Below are positions 28,311-36,751 of a DNA stretch of 64,000 nt, piece after piece; within the stretch, counting starts at the first letter, position 1; every line of letters starts with the position of its first letter. The stretch lies in contig JAKAHD010000001.1 in assembly GCA_021815205.1 (NCBI GenBank), positions 89,247-153,246 on the forward strand. The letters are read 5' to 3'. The notes below the pieces were generated by a model. That model searched no databases and was not told where the DNA came from. It saw only the letters and a program-made list of their open reading frames with translations. Position numbers and translations under genes: made by a program. The DNA comes from a bacterium (GTDB lineage Bacteria > Patescibacteriota > Minisyncoccia > UBA6257 > GWB1-50-10).

Positions 28311-28339
28311 AATATATACCCCCATACCCTATTGGTCAA
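28311..28339 (-). promoter_or_regulatory. Promoter with G-tract operator-like spacer
   Basis: TTGACC-AATAGGGTATGGGGGTA-TATATT; near-identical to 24688-24716. Confidence 0.72.
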
Positions 28340-28383
28340 GTTAAACCATTGTGGATAACAACAAGGCAAGGAAAGATTATTAA

Positions 28384-28418
28384 CGCTTTTGCATTTGCTG
28401 CGGGACTTGGATTCGAAC
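28384..28418 (-). repeat. 35-bp duplication of tRNA-Gln 3' end plus flank
   Basis: Identical to 28563-28597. Confidence 0.9.
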
Positions 28419-28576
28419 GTCGTCCGCCTAAGGCGGACTCCTTGAAACCCATCGGTTTCAATACTTCCGCCACGGGGAAACTCCCGTTTCCCCGACCCCT
28501 TTCCCGGTTCGAATCCACGCCCAAGAAATGCTAAAGCGATATACCTTTTGAGTATAGTATATCGCTTTTGCATTTG

Positions 28577-28647
28577 CTGCGGGACTTGGATTCGAACCAA
28601 GATGACATGATTCAGAGTCATGTATCCTACCATTAGATGATCCCGCA
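28577..28647 (-). tRNA. tRNA-Gln(CTG), CCA not encoded
   Basis: TGCGGGA acceptor stem, CATGA-CTCTGAA-TCATG anticodon arm, GGTTCGAATCC T-arm; followed by CAA. Confidence 0.95.
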
Positions 28648-28777
28648 AGTGCGGACTTATCATATCAAGGAAGAAGAGACGATTCAACTCGAAATGTAAA
28701 CCCCCACACCATAAGCATAAGCCTATGGTGTGGGGGTAAACCGCCGTCAGTTGCTTGACGGCGGAGATTTTGGTGGG

Positions 28778-30568
28778 TTATTGGGTGAGAATGTTTCCTA
28801 GGCTTTGCGCGAATGTCCGGAATGCGCCTAAGAGGTTTCCTCCAGAAGATGGCGCAGGAGACGGCGGCGTCATGCCGGCCGGAGGCATCTGGTTCATTGG
28901 CGGTATCTGACTTGCGGGCGGTTGTCCTTGCGGAGGCATCTGCCCCTGCGGAGGTTGTCCGTCTGAAGGAAGTTTTCCGTTCGGCGGGAATCGTCCCTGA
29001 AACTCTTGCATCATCTTTCGCAGATTGCTCTCATCGCCTTGACCCCCCCGATGATTATCTTTACCATCTTGCGGCATCATCTGAAGTTGTTGTTGATTTT
29101 GAAACTGCCCTCGCTCACCGCCCTGCCCTTCGAAGGGCGGCATCTGGCCTTGATTAGGTTGTCCGTTTGGCGGCATTTGTCCGCCAGGGAGGTTGCCTTC
29201 CTGCCCATTCATCATTGGACCGCCATTCGGAAACTTCCCATTCGGCATCTGCCCCTTAAAGGGAATCCCTTCAGGGGTAAGCTGACCTCCTCCTTGTTGC
29301 TCCCCTTGATGCATCTGCCGTATTGTTCCGGGACCTCCCTCTCCTTGCGCGCCTTGAGGAGGTATCATCTGCTCAAAACATTGGCGCATTTTTTCGCCGA
29401 TGCCCTGCGACGCCATCATCGTGCCGCTTTCCAGTTTTTGCATTATGTCGCTTCCCAACGCGTTCTTGAGGCAGTCGAGTACCGCAGGCGGCGCCTGTTC
29501 GAGTGATTGCCGCATCATCTGTCTTCCCTGTTCCATCTTCCGAAGGTCTTCCGGCGGTATCATGCCGTTATCCTTCGCAAACTGGAAACAGGTTTGTTGG
29601 TTTTGAGGATCCTTGCAAAACGTCTCGCACGCGTCTTTGCCGACACATCCGCCCGGACCCTTCCCTCCCGTCTTTTGCGCCATCTCGGCATCCTTTTCCG
29701 TCATGAAGCCCGCGGCCACCGCGAATTTCGTACACTCGTTCACGTGCGCGGGGTCGGCGCAATATTGATCACACGCTTCCTTCCCTTGGCACGCAGGCGG
29801 CTTCACGCCCGCCTGGAGCGCCTTCATCATTCCCTGCGACTGCTCCGCTTCCTTCGGCGTCATAAACCCAGCCTCTTTCGCGAACGTTATGCACTGGAGC
29901 ATGTGGTCGGCCGATGCGCTACAGTAGGTGTTGCACGAATCGCGTCCTCGACAGGGCGGCGGCGTAATACCCTTGTCAATCGCCGTAAGCACTTTCTCGG
30001 CGTTCTGGAGTTCTTCTCCTTTTAAAAATCCTGCCGCCTTGCCGAATGTGATGCACTCCTTCATGTGCGAAGGCTCGCTGCAATAGGTATCGCACGCGTC
30101 TTTGCTCTTGCACGCGGGCGGCTTCACGCCGCTTGCGATCGCCGCTTGTATCCGTTTTGCCTGCTCGAGCCCGCCGGGCGGCGTGATGCCCGTCTTCTCC
30201 GCAAACGCAAGGCATTCATTGATGTGATCAATGTTCGAACAATATGTCTTGCAGGAACCGAGGGACGTGCACCCGCCGGGACCCTGGAGCGATTTCCGCG
30301 CAAGCTCCTCGGCGACGTTCACCTCGTGCTCCGACATTAAGTTGTGGGCCTTCGCAAACGCAAGACACGCATCTGTGTGCGAGGCATCCGCGCAGTATGT
30401 TCTGCATGAGTCTTTACTCGAACAATTTCCGAGCTCGGCAATCGGATATTGGAGCGAGGCGAAAGGATTCGGTCCTGCAACCGTTTGCGCCCGAGCGATG
30501 TGCATGATCACGCCCGCGATCGTTATCCCTGTAGCAAGAATGGCGACCGTGAATAATTTCGTTCTCAT
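28778..30568 (-). CDS. Secreted protein with six 4-Cys repeats and a Q/G/P/M-rich tail
   Basis: Signal peptide; Cx5Cx3Cx8-9C repeated six times. Confidence 0.85.
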   Translation of the reverse strand: MRTKLFTVAILATGITIAGVIMHIARAQTVAGPNPFASLQYPIAELGNCSSKDSCRTYCADASHTDACLAFAKAHNLMSEHEVNVAEELARKSLQGPGGCTSLGSCKTYCSNIDHINECLAFAEKTGITPPGGLEQAKRIQAAIASGVKPPACKSKDACDTYCSEPSHMKECITFGKAAGFLKGEELQNAEKVLTAIDKGITPPPCRGRDSCNTYCSASADHMLQCITFAKEAGFMTPKEAEQSQGMMKALQAGVKPPACQGKEACDQYCADPAHVNECTKFAVAAGFMTEKDAEMAQKTGGKGPGGCVGKDACETFCKDPQNQQTCFQFAKDNGMIPPEDLRKMEQGRQMMRQSLEQAPPAVLDCLKNALGSDIMQKLESGTMMASQGIGEKMRQCFEQMIPPQGAQGEGGPGTIRQMHQGEQQGGGQLTPEGIPFKGQMPNGKFPNGGPMMNGQEGNLPGGQMPPNGQPNQGQMPPFEGQGGERGQFQNQQQLQMMPQDGKDNHRGGQGDESNLRKMMQEFQGRFPPNGKLPSDGQPPQGQMPPQGQPPASQIPPMNQMPPAGMTPPSPAPSSGGNLLGAFRTFAQSLGNILTQ

Positions 30569-30570
30569 GG

Positions 30571-30840
30571 TTATTGGAAAGGATTGGTTTTTACCGACTG
30601 AAGCGGATTGGCATTTTCCGCCGGATTCACATTTGGCTGGTTTTGGAGGGGAGAGGTTACGTCACCGAACGAGGGAACGGCCGCTTGCGCCGCGCGCTGT
30701 ACTGCCGCGGATTCCGATGATGTGGCGGGCGGCGAAGACGCGGGTTTTTCCCCGGTCCCCGTCTTTGTTGCGAAATACCACGCGATGAGCGCCGCTACGA
30801 CAATGGTCACTCCCGCGGAAATAAGGGCTTTTTTGTTCAT
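30571..30840 (-). CDS. Small membrane-anchored protein
   Basis: N-terminal TM; NP-repeat tail ending TNPF; abuts next gene. Confidence 0.7.
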   Translation of the reverse strand: MNKKALISAGVTIVVAALIAWYFATKTGTGEKPASSPPATSSESAAVQRAAQAAVPSFGDVTSPLQNQPNVNPAENANPLQSVKTNPFQ

Positions 30841-30892
30841 GGAAGTTCTTATGCTTATTATACCATATCGTTCTTGTGCTACTACTATGCGA

Positions 30893-30919
30893 AGTTGAAC
30901 CTCCGCGGAGGTTCAACTT
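30893..30919. repeat. Palindrome GTTGAACCTCC-GC-GGAGGTTCAAC
   Basis: Related copies at ~38988-39019 and a half copy at ~8847. Confidence 0.75.
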
Positions 30920-30969
30920 CCCACAGGTACTTCAGGAAACTTATATCAAGTTTCGGTATACTATATACT

Positions 30970-31410
30970 ATGAAGCAGTACACAGGCATCGCGATAAGCC
31001 TAGCAGGAGCCGCGGCGCTTGTTGCGGTTCTTTTCTCCATGGGGGTCCTTCGCGAAGAGAAGAAAGAAACCGAAGCGGTCACATCAACGCCGCCCGTATC
31101 GGAAGCAATGAATCCGAACCTCTCACAATCGGGAGGTCTCTCCCATGTGTATTCCACGCAGTACGAAATTACCGAAGCCGATATGGGGAAGACCTTTGTG
31201 TATCCGCTCACTTCCCGTTTCTCGGTGATGTTGGACGGCACGAAGTATGCGCCGCAGAATCTCCATTGCGATAAAGAAGGGATTCTTGGTTCCATCTCAA
31301 ATATCCCCTCGGTTGCGCCGTCGCGTTTCGCAAAGCGATTCGAGGCGGTTGCGCGGGGACTCTGTACGCTTATTGACGGTGATTTCAGCGTGAAGATTCG
31401 CGTCGAGTGA
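30970..31410 (+). CDS. Hypothetical exported protein
   Basis: N-terminal TM, two Cys; TATACT 7 nt before ATG. Confidence 0.7.
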   Translation: MKQYTGIAISLAGAAALVAVLFSMGVLREEKKETEAVTSTPPVSEAMNPNLSQSGGLSHVYSTQYEITEADMGKTFVYPLTSRFSVMLDGTKYAPQNLHCDKEGILGSISNIPSVAPSRFAKRFEAVARGLCTLIDGDFSVKIRVE

Positions 31411-32662
31411 GGAATGATTGCGCTCTGACTTTTTTATGGTACGCGATCGCAAAGCGATGCGCTTCGTCACGCACGCGGATCAGCGTCGCTTCGTCCGCGA
31501 ATCCGGGGATCGCGCCGAAGAAGTCGTTTCTTTTTCTTTCGGGACCCTTTGCGATCCCCACCACGGGAATCTTCAGTTTTGTTTCCCGAAGTACCTCCCG
31601 TGCGGCACGCACCTGCTCCGCTCCCCCGTCGACGAGAACGAGATCCGGAAGCGGCCAGCCGTCCCGGTCGTCGTGCACGAACCTGCGTCTCATGATCTCT
31701 TTGAGCATCCCGACATCATTCGGCGTCTTGAGTGTCCGTATTTTGAACCTCCTGTACCATCGTTTGGCGGGCTTTCTGTCCTCGAAGACCGCCATCGATC
31801 CCACTGCCGAGGTTCCCGATAGATTCGAGATATCAAACCCCTCTATGCGATAATTTTTAATTTTTAATTTAAAGTTTTTAATTTCCGGTTCTTTAATGAG
31901 GGCGACATCTTGAATGTGCTGGAGGGCGAAGAGATTCCTTTTTATCCTTTCCGCCTTCTCGAACTCGAGATCTTTTGCCGCCGTCCGCATTTCCCTCTTG
32001 AGATTCTTTATAATCCTCTCTTTTTTCCCTTCGAAAAACAGTTTTAAATTCCTAACGGTCTTCAGGTACTCGCTCCTCTGACCGGCATTGACGCACAGTT
32101 CCGGACAGAGGTCTATCTGCGCGTCGAAGCACGGCGTTCCTCTTCCGATATCTCTTGAGGGGTGTGTGTTCCATGGAAAAATCCTGCGGAGAATTTTGAG
32201 TGCTTCGCGCACGCTCGAAGCAGAAGTAAACGGCCCATACCGCGTTCCCGCACATTTTGTTTTTCCGCGCACAAGAAGCACTCTCGGAAATTTCTCCTTC
32301 GTAATCTCGACATAGAGGAAGCTTGTGTCATCTTTCTCGCGGATATTGAACGGCGGAAGATATTGTTTGATAAGGCGCGCCTCAAGCATCAGCGCCTCAA
32401 TCGCGGTACCGGTTTTTTTGTAGTCTATCTTTTGTATCTTGCGTACGAGCTCTTCGATGCGGGAGTCATACCTGCCCTCCGAAGCCTTGGCGAGGGAAGG
32501 AGGACGCAAGAAATAACTCGAAACTCTCCGTTTCAAGTTTCCCGCTTTACCGACGTAGAGAACGTTCCCGTGCCCATCCTTCATGAGGTATACGCCGGGA
32601 GTATCCGGGAGATTCTTGTAGTACGCGGCGCGATCCTGGTTTTTATTCTTACCGGTTCGCAT
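31385..32662 (-). CDS. uvrC: Excinuclease ABC subunit C (no C-terminal HhH)
   Basis: GIY-YIG (PGVY, YVGKA), UVR coil, RIEGFDIS, DGG, RDEAHRFA. Confidence 0.93.
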   Translation of the reverse strand: MRTGKNKNQDRAAYYKNLPDTPGVYLMKDGHGNVLYVGKAGNLKRRVSSYFLRPPSLAKASEGRYDSRIEELVRKIQKIDYKKTGTAIEALMLEARLIKQYLPPFNIREKDDTSFLYVEITKEKFPRVLLVRGKTKCAGTRYGPFTSASSVREALKILRRIFPWNTHPSRDIGRGTPCFDAQIDLCPELCVNAGQRSEYLKTVRNLKLFFEGKKERIIKNLKREMRTAAKDLEFEKAERIKRNLFALQHIQDVALIKEPEIKNFKLKIKNYRIEGFDISNLSGTSAVGSMAVFEDRKPAKRWYRRFKIRTLKTPNDVGMLKEIMRRRFVHDDRDGWPLPDLVLVDGGAEQVRAAREVLRETKLKIPVVGIAKGPERKRNDFFGAIPGFADEATLIRVRDEAHRFAIAYHKKVRAQSFLTRRESSR

Positions 32663-33527
32663 CGAAGAGAAAGTCCGTGATCTTTTGTAGTGGAGTCCGT
32701 ACGGGTTTCGGATATCCCGCGCCGTTTCTGATCTGTGTTACGTAGTATGCCGCCTCCGCCGTTCCAAGTTGGATGAGATCTTCCGCTTCAGGAAAATCCG
32801 CCCAGTGGTACTTCGCGACCGGAGGATGCAGTACGATATCGGCTTTTTCGAGCACATGGCGCGCAATCTGGAACTCGAGCGCGGGAAGCACGTCCGCGAT
32901 AAGTGACTTGATGCCGTGGATGCTTATCGTCTCTTCGGAGATGTCGGGCCATTCTTTCGAAACGTCAACCGCGATCACGAACTCTGCTCCCATGTCGCGC
33001 ACGACGTCCGCCGGCACGGGGTCCACAAGTCCTCCATCCGCAAGCAGGCGTCCTCCCACGGGAACCGGTGCGAATAATATCGGCAGTGCGGCCGACGCCT
33101 GGATTGCGGTGGTGAGCAGCCCTTTCTTAAGAATTACGGTTTCGCCGTTTTTTACGTCCGTCGCGATGGCGCTGAACGGGATTGTGCATTTCTCGATTGA
33201 AATGCCCTTGATGTGCGACTTCAGCATCTCAATCACGGGCCGCGTGTCGCGGAAAGGCGACTCCGCCTTCTTGTGCGCCCTGAGAAGTTTGCGCACGGGA
33301 AGCATATCCTTCTCCTTCACACTCAGAAAGAGTTTTTCAAGCGTGTCGATATCCTTCGTTGCCGCATAGAATCCGCCGATTAAGGCGCCCATACTGGTGC
33401 CTGCAATGTAGTCAATTTGAATCTCCGCGTCCCGCAACGCCTTGATGACGCCGATGTGCGCGAGTCCTCTCGCTCCCCCGCCTCCAAGGGCAAGCCCGAT
33501 TGTTTTTTTCTTCTGACGTGGTGCCAT
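32649..33527 (-). CDS. Patatin-like phospholipase
   Basis: GGGARG, GTSMG, DGG. Confidence 0.92.
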   Translation of the reverse strand: MAPRQKKKTIGLALGGGGARGLAHIGVIKALRDAEIQIDYIAGTSMGALIGGFYAATKDIDTLEKLFLSVKEKDMLPVRKLLRAHKKAESPFRDTRPVIEMLKSHIKGISIEKCTIPFSAIATDVKNGETVILKKGLLTTAIQASAALPILFAPVPVGGRLLADGGLVDPVPADVVRDMGAEFVIAVDVSKEWPDISEETISIHGIKSLIADVLPALEFQIARHVLEKADIVLHPPVAKYHWADFPEAEDLIQLGTAEAAYYVTQIRNGAGYPKPVRTPLQKITDFLFDANR

Positions 33528-33815
33528 TCTTTTTATTGGCGCAGTGTAGCGAGTGAAATGTGAAAGCGAAGCTTTTGCGTTTCAGGAGCACACAAGCCAA
33601 GAAGGGGTTCACTACCCCGCGGTCGGCTACCCTTCATTTTAGAACGAAAATGTTTTTTATCAAAATATAGACGGAACGCTGGTCTATTAGTAGATGGATG
33701 TCTTTATGATCATCATATCCTTCAAACAAGAGGGTGCTATGCCATAGCATAGCACCTGTTACTCCGCGCATTTTTTCTTAAGCAAAGAGAATCTCCCCTG
33801 TCCGTAAGGAAAGGG

Positions 33816-36338
33816 TTACTTTAAGATTTTCCTCAAATACTCTCCCGTAAAGCTCCCCGCTTTCCGCGCCACTTCCTCGGGTGTTCCGGTCGCAACGATG
33901 TATCCTCCCTTCTCTCCTCCCTCGGGGCCGAGGTCGATCACCCAGTCCGCGGTTTTGATGACATCGAGATTGTGTTCGATCACGACTACCGTGTTGCCGC
34001 GGTCCACGAGGCGGTTTAGTACGTCCAGAAGATTCTGCACGTCCGCGAAATGAAGCCCCGTCGTGGGCTCGTCCAGAAGGTAGAGGGTATTCCGCGTGTC
34101 CCGTTTTCCGAGCTCCGCGCCGAGCTTTACGCGCTGGGCTTCGCCGCCCGAGAGCGTCGTTGCCGATTGCCCGAGCTCGAGGTAGCCGAGTCCCACCTCG
34201 TCCAGGATTTTCAGGCGATCATAGAGCCATGGGATATCCTCGTAAAACTTCACCGCTTCCTCAATCGTCATCTTCAAGATCTCGTAGATGTTCTTTCCTT
34301 TATATTTTACTTCGAGCGTTTCGCGGTCAAAACGTTTCCCATGACACACGTCGCACTCCACGTAGACCGTGGGGAGGAAGTGCATCTCGATCGCGATCGA
34401 TCCGTGCCCCTCGCAGTTTTCACAGCGCCCCCCTTTCACGTTGAAGCTGAAGCGCCCGGGCTTGTAGCCCCTAACGCGCGCGTCCTCGGTCGAGGAAAAA
34501 AGCTCGCGGATAAAAGTCCATGCGCCGACGTACGTCGCGGGATTCGAACGCGGCGTGCGCCCGATCGGCGACTGGTCAATATTGATGATGCGATTTACAT
34601 ATTCGGTGCCCGTGATCGATTTGTGCGTCCCCGCTTTGTAATTCGCGCCGTTGTAGGTATTGGCGAGCGATTTATAAAGCACATCATAAAGCAGTGTGCT
34701 CTTTCCCGAGCCCGAGACGCCCGTGATCGCCGTGAAGCGCTTCAGGGGAATGTCGATGTCTATGTTCTTGAGGTTATTCGCCGTGACTCCTCTGATTTTC
34801 AGATGTTCCCTGTCCTTCGTTACTTTTCTCCGTTCCTTCGGCACCTTGATAAATCGTTTTCCGCGCAAGTATTCGAGCGTGAGCGAATCTTTCTTCATAT
34901 CTTTAAATATCTCCGGCACTTTTCCCTCCGCGATTATTTTCCCGCCGTGCACCCCCGCCGCCGGACCGATATCCACGAGATAGTCCGCGGCGCGGATCGT
35001 GTCTTCGTCGTGTTCCACGACGATAATGGTGTTGCCGAGATCGCGGAGATCATGGAGCGTTTTAATGAGCTTCGCGTTGTCGCGCTGGTGGAGACCGATC
35101 GTGGGTTCGTCGAGAATATAAAGCGTACCTACGAGGCGCGAGCCGATCTGCGAAGCAAGGCGGATGCGCTGAGATTCTCCTCCCGAGAGCGTTCCCGCCC
35201 TTCGATCGAGCGTGAGGTACTCGAGCCCCACGTCGATCATAAACTGAAGGCGGCTTTTTATCTCCTTCAAGGGAATTTCCGCGATCTCCGCAAGATTTTT
35301 TTTCTTCGCGAGTTTTTCCCGCACCTTCGTGAAGAACGCGAATGCGTCATCAATCGAGAGTTTGGTGACGGAAGCGATATTTTTGTGTTCCACGAGTACG
35401 TTCAAGCTCTCTTCCTTGAGGCGCTTTCCTGCGCATATGGGGCAGAGTTTTTCAGACCAAATGCTTTCGGTGCCGAGGCCGTGGCACTCGGAGCATGCGC
35501 CGTAAGGACTGTTGAATGAAAAGAGGCGCGGCTCAATCTCGGGAAAGGAGAAGCCGTCCCTGGGGCAGGTGTACTGCGCGGAGAGCGAGGTTTCATCTTT
35601 CGTAATGATCGACACCACATCGTGGCCGTACTTCAAGGCGGTTTCGATGGACTCGGCAAGTCGTGCGCGATTGTCCTTTTCTTTAAAATCGATTCCAGCC
35701 GGCATGCGATCTATTACAAGCTCGATCGTGTGCTGTTTGTATCTCGAAAGATTGATACGTTCGCGGAGACTCATGAACTTCCCGTCAATCCGCACCTCCG
35801 AGAACCCCGCGTTCAGAAAGTCATAGAGCATCTGGTAGTACTCCCCCTTCCTGCCGCGCACGACAGGTGCGAGGATCACGATGTTCCTTTTTTCTTTATT
35901 CTCGTTCGAGATTTGGATTACCACATCCACGATCTCCTCATTCGTCATCTTCCTAATCTCATTTCCGCACCGCGGGCAATACGGCGTTCCCGCTCGCGCG
36001 AAGAGCACGCGGAGATAATCGTAGATTTCCGTGATGGTCGCGACTGTGGAGCGCGGGTTCGCCGAGTGGTGCTTCTGATCGATCGAAATCGCGGGAGAAA
36101 GCCCCTCAATTTCGTCCACGTCGGGCTTATCAAGCTTTCCTAAGAATTGCCTCGCGTACGCCGAAAGTGATTCGATGTAACGGCGCTGACCCTCGGCGAA
36201 GATCGTGTCGAATGCAAGGGACGATTTCCCCGATCCGGAAAGCCCCGTGAACACGATCATTTTATCGCGGGGAAGCTCGAGGTTAATGTTCTTGAGATTA
36301 TGCTCGCGAGCACCCCTGATGATGATTTTGTCCCGCAT
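33816..36338 (-). CDS. uvrA: Excinuclease ABC subunit A
   Basis: GAREHNLK, two GSGKS Walker A motifs, LSGGE signatures, Zn fingers. Confidence 0.98.
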   Translation of the reverse strand: MRDKIIIRGAREHNLKNINLELPRDKMIVFTGLSGSGKSSLAFDTIFAEGQRRYIESLSAYARQFLGKLDKPDVDEIEGLSPAISIDQKHHSANPRSTVATITEIYDYLRVLFARAGTPYCPRCGNEIRKMTNEEIVDVVIQISNENKEKRNIVILAPVVRGRKGEYYQMLYDFLNAGFSEVRIDGKFMSLRERINLSRYKQHTIELVIDRMPAGIDFKEKDNRARLAESIETALKYGHDVVSIITKDETSLSAQYTCPRDGFSFPEIEPRLFSFNSPYGACSECHGLGTESIWSEKLCPICAGKRLKEESLNVLVEHKNIASVTKLSIDDAFAFFTKVREKLAKKKNLAEIAEIPLKEIKSRLQFMIDVGLEYLTLDRRAGTLSGGESQRIRLASQIGSRLVGTLYILDEPTIGLHQRDNAKLIKTLHDLRDLGNTIIVVEHDEDTIRAADYLVDIGPAAGVHGGKIIAEGKVPEIFKDMKKDSLTLEYLRGKRFIKVPKERRKVTKDREHLKIRGVTANNLKNIDIDIPLKRFTAITGVSGSGKSTLLYDVLYKSLANTYNGANYKAGTHKSITGTEYVNRIINIDQSPIGRTPRSNPATYVGAWTFIRELFSSTEDARVRGYKPGRFSFNVKGGRCENCEGHGSIAIEMHFLPTVYVECDVCHGKRFDRETLEVKYKGKNIYEILKMTIEEAVKFYEDIPWLYDRLKILDEVGLGYLELGQSATTLSGGEAQRVKLGAELGKRDTRNTLYLLDEPTTGLHFADVQNLLDVLNRLVDRGNTVVVIEHNLDVIKTADWVIDLGPEGGEKGGYIVATGTPEEVARKAGSFTGEYLRKILK

Positions 36339-36345
36339 GGTCTTC

Positions 36346-36546
36346 AAATCCTAAATTCTAAGCACTAAATCCTAAACAAATTCTGTCCCTTTGGTCATCC
36401 CTACGGGAGATGTCCCGGAGGGACAGACATCTCCCGCAGGGAGACAAATAACCAAAACCCAAAATTCAAAACACGCGTTTTGGTCATTTGGATTTTGTAT
36501 TTTTGTCATTATTTAGGATTTAGATGATATTGGAATTTAGAATTTC
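36346..36546. repeat. AAATCCT-type inverted array with nested GTCCC...GGGAGAC hairpins
   Basis: Arms like 4283-4397; insert 36384-36448 matches fmt 15721-15756. Confidence 0.75.
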
Positions 36547-36751
36547 GCTTATGTATACGCAAACACTCCCCCGCCTTTATGCTATGGGGGGTGGTGTAGT
36601 GAAGATACTCCTCCCTTTATCTCCCTGTCAAACAACAATCATCAATTAGAAAAAGAAAAGGATGCATTATAAAAGCGGGGAAGAGCGGCCTCGCCTGCCT
36701 GCGCAGGCAGGCGGCCTTGGAGCGCACACTCTTATAATACATTCTTTTCGT

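Noticed and set aside
28384-28520. Second tRNA gene
   Set aside because: Only the T-arm and acceptor 3' half are duplicated; there is no D or anticodon arm.
16925-28597. Complete integrative element or prophage bounded by att sites
   Set aside because: The tRNA duplication spans only 179 bp; I found no distal att copy, integrase or phage genes.
28301-28687. 128-aa ORF
   Set aside because: It overlaps tRNA-Gln, the repeat element and a promoter.
33530-33815. Riboswitch or ncRNA between uvrA and patatin
   Set aside because: Only short hairpins; no recognisable consensus or second copy seen.
34050-35519. Long antisense ORFs (also 5793-6845, 19565-20383, 51856-52791, 57766-58767)
   Set aside because: Shadow frames opposite well-supported genes, with no motifs.
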